DNA from: an uncultured Eubacteriales bacterium
GTDB taxonomy: Bacteria > Bacillota > Clostridia > Christensenellales > UBA1242
Reading direction: 5' to 3'
Length of the DNA stretch: 64,000 bases
Assembly (NCBI GenBank): GCA_949077035.1
Contig: CARUPR010000001.1
Coordinates: forward strand, 22,443-86,442
Under the pieces are notes generated by a model that worked only from the letters and a program-made list of their open reading frames with translations, had not been told where the DNA came from and made no database searches. The translations under genes and the position numbers were made by a program. This document shows positions 36,246-46,900 of the stretch, one piece after another (the first letter of the stretch is position 1; each line of letters begins with the position of its first letter).

Positions 36246-37703
36246 TTAAAACAAAGATGATAACAATCTCATAATTGCCTGCAACATCTTGGTAAGAAAA
36301 CTTTTCTTTTGAAAATAATTTGTGTTTACTTCAACAGAATGTTTTATATCTTCCTTAAAAATATCTTGATGTTGTTTGTTTAAATTTTTTGAATATATAA
36401 TGACAGTATTTTCAAAGTTTAGTCCGAAAGAACGATTATCCATATTGCATGTGCCAACTGATAAAAGATTATCATCAATAATGAGAGCTTTGCTATGCAA
36501 AAATCCCTTATATAAATAGACCTTTACTCCTATCTCTGCCATTTCTTTTAAATATGAAAGTGTGGCAAGATAGACAGTTTTTTTATCAGGTTTTCTTGGC
36601 ACCATTATTCGCACATCGACGCCACTCTTCACTGCAATTCTAAGACTTGCAAAAAACACATCATCAGGGATAAAATATGGTGTTTGAATATATACTTTAT
36701 CCTTTGCACATGTAATCATCTTTACAAATGTTTCTTTTATTCTTTGCACCTGACTATCAGGTCCAGAAGCCAAAACTTGAACTGTTGCATCACCACAAAG
36801 TGTTGGACTTGGAAAATATCCATTCTCTAAATAAAGGCGAGGTGGAGTGTTGTCATTTTGGCAATATCTCCAGTCATCCAAAAATATATTTTGAAGCCCA
36901 TAAACACCACTGCCCTCAATTCTTATATGTGTATCTCTCCAAGGCGTAAGTTTTTTATCGCGACTTAAATGGTCATCACGAATATTTACACCACCAGTAT
37001 ACCCAACCTTTCCGTCAATGATGACAAGTTTTCTATGGTTTCGATAATTGAGTTTTAAATTTATAAGTCTTATGTGCATAAATGGTGGAAAAAACTCACC
37101 AATCTGACCGCCCGCCTGCTCCAGTTTTTTGAAAAAACGTCTTGGAGCCTTTCTTGAGCCGATAGAGTCATAAATAAGTTTGACATCCACCCCTTCTTTA
37201 GCTTTTTTGCATAAAATTTCCATTATTTCTTTGCCCACTTTATCATTTGCAAAGATATAATATTCAATATTTATTGAAGATTTGGCATTCATCAAATCTT
37301 TTTTTAATGCCTCAACTTTTGCAACACCACTTGTGAAAACTTTTATATCATTTCCTGGAAGTGGATATGAGCCGTATGCATAACACATTGAAACAAGTTC
37401 TCGATGTTCAATCAAAGTATCATCAATTCTTGCTTCATCCAGCGTTTGAATACCATCAATATTTCTGATGATATCACGTTCAGAAACCGCCTTCTTTTTT
37501 ATCATGCGTCTTGTTCGCACACTAAGTCCACTTCCAAAAACAATATAAAGTAAAAAGCCAAATATAGGTAAAAATGTCAAAATTGTAAGCCATGCAATTA
37601 TATTTTCTGGCTTTCTTCTTTCAAGAAAAACCATACCTACAAGGAGGAAAAAGTTGACACAAGCAACAACTGTAATCACTATTTTTGAAATCTCGCCAAA
37701 CAT
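36246..37703 (-). CDS. cls: Cardiolipin synthase (PLD superfamily)
   Basis: Two N-terminal TM helices are present. The two HKD motifs are 'HRKLVIIDGKVGYTGGVN' and 'HSKALIIDDNLLSVGTCNMDNRS'. Confidence 0.95.
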   Translation of the reverse strand: MFGEISKIVITVVACVNFFLLVGMVFLERRKPENIIAWLTILTFLPIFGFLLYIVFGSGLSVRTRRMIKKKAVSERDIIRNIDGIQTLDEARIDDTLIEHRELVSMCYAYGSYPLPGNDIKVFTSGVAKVEALKKDLMNAKSSINIEYYIFANDKVGKEIMEILCKKAKEGVDVKLIYDSIGSRKAPRRFFKKLEQAGGQIGEFFPPFMHIRLINLKLNYRNHRKLVIIDGKVGYTGGVNIRDDHLSRDKKLTPWRDTHIRIEGSGVYGLQNIFLDDWRYCQNDNTPPRLYLENGYFPSPTLCGDATVQVLASGPDSQVQRIKETFVKMITCAKDKVYIQTPYFIPDDVFFASLRIAVKSGVDVRIMVPRKPDKKTVYLATLSYLKEMAEIGVKVYLYKGFLHSKALIIDDNLLSVGTCNMDNRSFGLNFENTVIIYSKNLNKQHQDIFKEDIKHSVEVNTNYFQKKSFLTKMLQAIMRLLSSLF

Positions 37704-37917
37704 TTTCGCTCCTTTTAGTATGTTTTATTTAAAATTTTTTGTTTATATTTAAAGTTATATCTTTTGTCATTTTATTTTCTTGAATAAACACTAATTTAAA
37801 AACTTTAATTTTTTTAATCATTTTTCTTAAAAACTCTTATCCTTATATAACCATATTCTTAAAACTTATGTTTTTAATAAAATGTTTATATTATTGACAG
37901 AATTTTTTGACCATTTT

Positions 37918-40900
37918 TTATGGAATAACTCTTGTTATGGTGCTTAGGTTAAGTTCACCTAAAATCACCTTTGTTCCTTCATTATTTGCAGCATCTCTTT
38001 CTTGTCCGCTTACCTTCATAAGCACAACAACTCTGATATACTGATTAGGTGTGAAGGTATTACTTAACTGAATTGTTCCATCTGCATCAATAGTTGCATT
38101 ACCTAAGCTTGTTTCACCACCCTTGTTGTCAAGTTTGAATGAGAGATAATCTAAAGCAACATCCTTGTTTATTGGCTGACTACCCAAATCAACTTCAATC
38201 TTTCCACCATTTGTGGTGATTCCATTATACAAACTGAAAGCACTATTCCATTGAGCAAATGTTGCTGGTGACCATTTTGGATTCTCACCACTATTTTCGG
38301 TATATGTTGAATTAATAGTAAATCCAATTTCGCCACTATAATTCTTTTTAAGATTATAGACAAAACCTGTCACTTCATAATCTGCAGAAACGCGATAATT
38401 GTAAGTTTGATTTGCAGGAGTTGTTGTTGATTCATCAGCTGTAGTTTCAGGTGTGGTTGGAGTTTTAGAACCAAATTCACACTGAGCGATATAATGTTTT
38501 GTCACACTATAGCTATAGTCACCTAAAAGACTTGCATCTTCAACAAAGACTACATCTTGGTCTATTTTCGCTATTTTAAATGTTGCATTTCCATCACCAT
38601 CTTCCCATACCTGTCCTGTTGGCTTTCCTGAAACTTGTTCAATATCTCTAAGATTAGTTTTTGGGTCTCTTGTGGTTGTATTTGTAATGTAATAAATACC
38701 CAAAGCATCTTTTACATTTGAAATAGTAATCTCATCGTCAGGCTCTACATAGACGCCTAAAGCAGCTGAAATTGATTCATATTTTGTTGTCGCAATATTA
38801 GAGCTTGTATTTGGTAACTGAATTGTGTTTTTATATTCTTTTTTCTCGCCGTTTATTGTTTTTGTAAGAGCAATGTCAAATGTTGCACGGCTGTTTCCTT
38901 TAACAAGCACTTCTATGGTGTCATTTACAAAGCCTGTAATATTCACCTGTTCATTTCCGTCAGCCACTCTGCCTTCAAGCTTGTCGCTAAGAGCAAATGC
39001 CTGACCATCTCTTACAACCCTATTATCTGTTTGCTGTAATATAACTTTTCTATTTACAGTAATGTTTATAGGACAATCGCAATATTCTACTATGCCATTA
39101 GCTTGATATTTAAGTTTTACAACAAGTCTAAGAGGAACCGAATCACCATTTTTATAAAGTCCAGTTTGAGTAAGTTTTGGAAGCTGATAGAGGTGGTCGC
39201 TATAATCATTTTCAGCACCTTCTCCATCTTGTTTTCCATAAATCGCTCTTGGAGCACGATGAGATTGAGCTGTTCTTGCTTCAGTTGCAGTTTCTGGGGC
39301 TGGCTCATTTCCAAAATAGCCCGCACCATTTGTCGCAAAAGACCAATTTGCTGTGTTTGCTGCTTTTTGCACTAAAGTTTCAATTAATTGATTAGTGTCA
39401 GGGTCATAAAGCTTAATATTCTCAACAGTGATTTTATCAATCATTGGATATTTCAAATAATTTGCACCTTGATTGATATTAATTTCATATCCTTGGTTTC
39501 CTCCTGCTGCTGCTTCTTTATGAGCAGTATAGGCAGTATCGGCACTGTTTGATTTATCTAAATAGATTTTATTTCCATCATTTATCTGTGCGACAGTATA
39601 ATTTTCAACAAATTGCCATGCATCAATACCTTCAAATTTAAGGATATTCACCTTAGAATCATTTTGCAATACTGGGTCATCTTGGGCGGTAATCATATAA
39701 TTATCATTATTATTGTTTTTGATTGAGAGGTTTTTATATTGTTCAATAACAAGGTCTATATAATCCTCTTCCATGATAGTAATGCTGTTTGTAATTGCAG
39801 GTGTATCTTCTGTTGCAATAAGCGTAAAGTATAATCTAAACTTATAGCCATAAGCATCTTCACCTTCAATATAATAATTTTGATTTCCAAATATAACCGC
39901 TTTTACCTTGCTGAAGGTAATTGCAGCAGCTGTTTCACCTGCATTATAAGAATAATAATTATCATTTGCAGCTTTTACCCAGCTATTGTTATTTTGACCA
40001 GCACTTGTATTATAGAAAATCTTGCTTGCAAGGTTTTCTGGTATATTGTATGAAATATCTTTCACCATTTTTTCTTCGGTAAGTTTTATAGAAAATTCTT
40101 TTGTAGAAAGGTCTTGTTTTTCACCAGTGCCGTTTTTATGCTTGATTGTCATATAACCTTGCTCGCCGGTAAGATTAAAATCTCTATATTCATTAGCAGT
40201 TTGTAAATATTCAATTCTGTGGGGCTCAATATTAGAACGGATTTGATTGCCAGCCTCGTCTAATTCATTCTGGCCATTTTCTGTGTTGCCATTGAAAGAA
40301 ACAGCATAATCTGGCATGATTTTTATTACAACATAGAAGTCTGTTTCAAAATTGTTTACCTTATAGGTGACTTTTCCTAAAACATAATCACCTATATTTT
40401 TTGCACCAAAAGGAATCAATTCATAATCATATACTCTGCCACCTGAAGTATCATTTAAGGTAGGTCCTATAAAGATATATTCATGGTCATCTGTGGTTTG
40501 AGTTCCCCCATCATCTTCAACAAAACGTTTGTAAGCATTGAATGAATGTGTGTTCATATAATTATTTAAAAGAGTTTTTGTTTCTTGTGGTAAAGGGCTA
40601 CTTTCTTCACCAGCATAATAAATCAATTCAAAGCCCAGGCCAGAATCAGCTGAAGTGAAGTCTGAAGCCGCCACCTTTCTCTTTGTAGTTGGGTGATGAA
40701 TTCCCAAAAGGTCATTCAAGCTTTCAATTGTATCATTGACTTCAACTTCGACAATATTGCCTTTTTCCTTCACATCAATATCAAAGCTGCCCATATAGTA
40801 ATAATTGAAATTAAATTCTTTTGTAGGGCTTGTTGAGCCATCATTTTTATTAAAGGTTAATCTAAATTCATTTTTATTAATTTTGTCAAGGTCGTTTTTG

Positions 40901-43900
40901 CCTAAATTCAAAGTCAAATAATTCCCTTTGAAAATTGAATTATATTTTTTGATATCAACTAAGATTTCATTTCCTTCTTCATCAACGCCATAGGTCATCT
41001 GTGCCCTATTAGCAAGTGCAACTTGAGGTTTGTTATCCACCATTTTAAACACTTGATTTGCCAAATTTGTTAAATTATCAAGTGGGTCTTCCACAACTCT
41101 GTTGTCACCAATTCCTATATTGTTTTGCTCAAAACTTGAAGTGGTATAAATTCCGACAAAGGTTTTTCCTTCAAAGGAAACGCCTAAATCATAATATCTG
41201 TTGCTGCTTTGGTCTTTGTCTGTGATATAGATTGGATAAGAAGCATAAAGTTTATCATCGCCATCTTCTCCGCTGAAGACAAAATAATATTCATCAGCAT
41301 AGTATGCCATTGTATCGTTTAAGCTTGCATAAAGAAGTCTTTCACCAACAAATAAATTTTCTGTATTTGTTTTGTCTACATAAATTTTTTCATAACTTAT
41401 TGAATTGCTTACTGAATCTTCTTCATATTCGCCCTGCAAGGTATAATTTGATACTGTATGCTGAACGATTGAAAGTGACTGACCAAGCAATCTAATATTG
41501 TAAACAATATTGACAGATTGGTATGTTATGCTAAGCTGAATACTTGCATCGCCAGAATTGCCACCTGTCCTGACAAATTTGATTGAATTATTTGCATCTA
41601 TCTGACCATTTACAGGAATGGTTGTTTCTCCATTGATTAGGTCTGCATTGTCAGTCTTGCTGTTTAGAATAACTGTCAAGTCATCATTATTAATAGTTTC
41701 AAGTTTTTTGTTATAAGAAGCAAATTTATCTCCATTTAAGAGTTCTGCTTGATAGAATGAAATTCTTTCTGCTTCGCCAAAGATTGGATTTGCATTTAAG
41801 AAAGCTTTTATGTCTGCAAAAGTTGTATTATTGTCAATATATTCAAATTTCATCATTCCATTTGAATTTGGCACTGGATAACTTGATTCAAGCTTAACAC
41901 TTGGAGCCACAACGAAAGAATATCTAACATTAAATTCTTGTGATGTTTGCTCAAAAGTCAATGTCACCTTTAAGGTAAGTTCTAATGTCACCTTATCAGA
42001 AACATAGTTTGTTGAAATTTCGACCAAGTTTCCGTTTACACTTATTCCACCAAATGCAGGATTTGATGATTGACATTCAACATTGATTTGTGTATTTAAA
42101 CTTGTTTGACTATCATTTATAAAATCAAATAAATTATAAATATCAAATTCATGGATTCTGCCAGCTATAGTTTCGTCACTTACAGCGATATTGCCTTTTG
42201 GAGTAATATTTTTTCTTAAAGTATATTGATGTGAGAATTTAAATTCCTTTTCCTGTTCACCTTTATTGAATTTTACAACAAAGTCGATTGAAATATCTTT
42301 ATCTGAAATGAGGTCACTTATGATAAGTTGCCCGTTTTCATACTTAACAAGGTCTTTTCCTTGACCAGAAATGGTTATATCAGCGATGGTATATTCAGAA
42401 ATTTCTGATGCATCTTCAGTCAATTTGATTGTATCTTTCAAATTTATAGTTGAGCCACCATTAATTTCACTTATCATTGGTGTAAACTCTATATTTGCTT
42501 TCAAATCAAGATTTATTGATGCAAGATATCCCATTGATGTATAAACAGCGAAGCTTGCATTTTTATCTGAATCAACATAATCTTTCAATACAATAATCAA
42601 AATACCATTTGAAGGATTATAATTAAAACTTTCAATGTTTTCTTTGCCTTCAGAAATGCCCACATTCAGTTTATCGCGAACGATTGTGTTGATATTTCCT
42701 GCCTCTTTCTTTAAGAGGTCAACTTGCATTTTATAAACATTTTTGCCTTCATAGCCTTCAACATTGTCATTATAAACTTCACCATTTTTGAGTGAAAGTT
42801 TCAACTCATCTGTTTCAGAAACTTTGCCATCTTTATCAGTAAAACGAACAGAATAGATTTCTGAATCTTCATTTAAAATAAGGGTATAAGTTTGCTCGCC
42901 ACCAACAACCGACAATTTATCTTCATCTGTTGTAAGATAGCTATGTTTGATTGTGATTGTCATCTTAGAGTTTGCATACTTACCAAAAGGTCTGTAATAA
43001 AGTGTGCTATAGTCACTTGAGAAATATGCTTCAAGTGATTTTCCCCACTCTTCACTGTCTGTCATTACGCCTTCGCTGCCCACCTCAACTGAAACAATCT
43101 CATTTTTATATTTTAAAGTTTCAAACAGTTTTTCATTTTGATATGATATAGAAATGTCACCTTTCAAGATTGCAACTTTCACAGTAGAGCCGCTTTCCTT
43201 TTTGATAAAACCATTGAAAAGGTCTTCAGCATTTAAGTCAATTTCTGTTTCATCTTTAAAGTCTTTTATAATTTCTTTATATTTTGTTGTTTCTATGCCA
43301 TCTTTTGTTTCTTTATATTCATAGGTAAACATCAATTTGCTTTCTGATTTTATATCAAGCTTAAGGAGGCAATCAAGTTCGGTTTCTTGATTTTCTTTAT
43401 TTTTGAGATTGATAATCTTATTTGAAACAAATCTCTTCTTGTCTTTATTTAATGTCTTTTCATCAAACAATTCTTCAAGATTAACCTCTCTTACTGCTGA
43501 GCTGTCACCAGAAATATGTTCGGCCGAGCCATTGTATGCATATATAGAATTATCAATTTCTACATCTGCCACAACTTTCAATAGATAATAGAAAGTTTGT
43601 TTTTTGCCATAAGAATCTACAACATACTCAAATGCCAGATAAACATCTTTGTCTTCCTTATTTAAGTGGTTGAGAGTGATATAGCCAACAAATTCTTCAA
43701 TTTTATCATTTGAATTTGTATTATCATCGGTATTATTAGAATTGCCATTTTTGATTATTTTTGTGATAAGTTTTGAATTTAATAGGTTTGAATAATCTTC
43801 ATCTTTGTTTTCAAATATATAAACATTCAGTTGTTGTTCAATAGCGCCGCCAATGGTATATAAACCGCCTTTATTTATTGGTCTATATTGGGCTGGGACA

Positions 43901-46900
43901 ATTTGACCATCCTCACCCATTTCGCTGACAAGTTCTGCCATATTGTATTGGCTTAAAATTTGACTGAGTTTTCCTGCCTCGATTTCATTATAAATGCCCA
44001 TTTCTATAAGATTTTCTGGGTCAGCGAGCGCAGTTTCTACCCTATGTCTATCATCAGCAAAAAGTTTATTATAATTTTCATAAACAACAATATCATAACC
44101 AATATTTGAAACAAGCATTGGAATATGCATAAATGCGAGGACATTGTTATCTTTTCTGATTTGTAATACAAGATAAGAATTTGTATCATCTAAACCATAG
44201 AATAATTTTTGTTCTACCTGTGACTTAAATGAAATCAAACTATTATCTGAATCAGATTCATAGAGATTTCTTACATAATTGTTGCCAAAATAATCTCTTG
44301 TTGTAGGAAGGATATTATATTCATAACCATATAAGTTGCCAAAAGACCAATTAGGACCAACATTGCGGGCAAACATCAAATAATTGACATCACCGATAAT
44401 TTGAGATTGAGGTTTAAGCTTACTTAAAAATTCATCGTTGCTTTCTAAAGTAAAACTTGAAGCAAGAATTGAATATATATCATCTTGAGAATTTAAAAGT
44501 TGAATTTCAATATCAATTTGACCAAAAGTTGTGTTGCCATGCTTTATTATCATGGTTGTCCAAAGAGATTTTTGATTGTAATCGAAGAAGAAATTTGCGT
44601 TTTCCTTTTTCACAACCTTACCATCTTTATATTGGAGATAATCATCAAAGTCAAAGCTAAAGGTCACACCTTCAATAGTCTGGTCATTATGTCTTGTCAC
44701 TAAAACGAAATCACCAATTTGACTGCCATCGCCAAGAATATAGAATGTGCCTTTTTGGTCAGCGATTTTGATGTCGCGTTTTACCTCAAATTGAATTGGA
44801 TGACTTAGGGCAAAGCTGTTGTTTCCTTCTGGTTGGAAATAGATTGTGAAATTCTTTGTCGCCACCTCCCAGAAATCTTCAAAGCTTATTTCATTTGAGT
44901 TTGCATTGTAAGTGCCGATTGCACCAACAGGTTTTGTATCGCTTGCAACGACAACATATCTTCCTTCATTGTTTGCTATAATATAATAATTTTTATTTTT
45001 ATCAAAAAGTTGATTAAATGCATTTGTGCCTTGGGCGTTTTTATTGAAATCTACATAGGTGTTTTTAAGTGCAATTTTATTGCTTAATCCTGCATAAACA
45101 GAATCTTTACCAACATAATTTTCATTTGTTGCATTAAAATTTTGAAGTAATTGAAGTGAGAACATTATATTTACAGCACCACTTACGTCAGACATTGAAA
45201 ATTCCATATAGTGTGGTGAAGCAAAGTTTTTGTTTATTTTAATCTTACTTATAATGATGTTTGCAAGAGCTTGTCTTATTGTATCTGCTGTGTTTGTGAA
45301 AGTGATTTTCTGGTCATTGCTATCATACAAGGTCACCATTCCGTCACTGCCAAACATATCAAGTATTTGCCTATCTGTCATTCTAGTTTCTGAATAATAC
45401 TGAGAAGTAAACTTGAAGTTGACATTATCCAAACTAAATTCAACATCTTTTCCTTCTTCATCAAGGCAATATATTCTAATTAAATCTTTCAAGTTTATAA
45501 ATTGGTCTTCATTACCAACAGCACCATATTTATTTACGATAACTTCTTTTGATGTATCACTGCTTTCAGTTGTTAAACTTACCTCATAGGTATTTTTATT
45601 TTCGGCATCATATTTAACCTTTGAAATGCCGGTTGACTTAACTTCAAACTGAATTTCAAATGCATTCTCATTTTCTGTAAGTGTAGCATTTTCATCATTA
45701 CTCTTTACAATAAGAGAAAGAGGGATATAACTATTTGAATTTGTGTTTTTAAATGCAAATGATTGACCATTTGGAAGAATGTTTATGATATTTGAATTTC
45801 CGCTCTGCACCATAAACTTCCATTGATTTTTCAATGTGTTTGAATTTCCTTTTTGGTCAACAATTACAAAGTTTGAGCCGTTTGCACCAACAATGTCATT
45901 TATAAATTCTGTGACATTGTTGAAAGTTTTAATTGTTCCGTCAAGAAGTGTTACTTTTATTATTGTATTAAAACCACCCTCTTGGGTAAGATTTTGGTCG
46001 ACTGTGATAGGTTTTGCATTTTCATCAGCAAGCGCTTCATAAACTGCAGACTTTGTTGCCATATCAATTCTGACAGCTTTTGGTTTATAGATATTTACCA
46101 GTTTATCGGTAATTGTATTTAATGCCCTTTTCCATTCAATGGCTTGCCCTTCTTCATTCTCATAAATAAGAGAAATATAGCCAAGATATAAGCCATTTAA
46201 ATTGTCAAGCTGAACTGAAGCTTTTGTTGACACCCTATATTGCACTGATACAGCCTTAGTTTCGTCATTTGTAAAAATTGCACCTTCGCTGAAAATGAAG
46301 TATTCTGAAATGTCATTTCCTGCCATGTCATAAATCACAGGTCTTATAAAACCCTTTTGGAATTCATCTTTAAACACTGGCACAGATTCTGCTGCTATTG
46401 TATAGTGCAAGCCAAAATCGAGATTGCTTCCAAGATTGATTGAAATTTCTTGCTCGTCTTCAACAATGAAATTGTCTGCTTCTAAATAAAAATCTTTGAT
46501 AGAGTTTGAATATAATGCAGTTTTAGATATCACTTCCTTTGTGCTGCTGCACATTTCAGCAATGTCATACAACCCTTCTGCACTTCCTGGTCTTATTGTT
46601 GCAAAGTATAATGAAAACTCACCTGTATTATAAAGTGTTAAGCGAGAGCCATTTACAGCAAACAAAGTAGCCATTCTGCCATCATTTGTTTGATATTTGC
46701 CAGACCTTTCAAGAATATATCCGTCTTCACCGATTATTCTATTTGCCATATCAACATAATCTGCCAAAGGACCATCACCAAACCATACAAAATAAACTTT
46801 ATCTTGATAGATATTTTCTTCTGAAACAGAAGAATATCTGTTAAGGTCAATTGTTTCTGACTTAATCTTACTTTCTCCGTCAATTACCTGATAGTTAAGC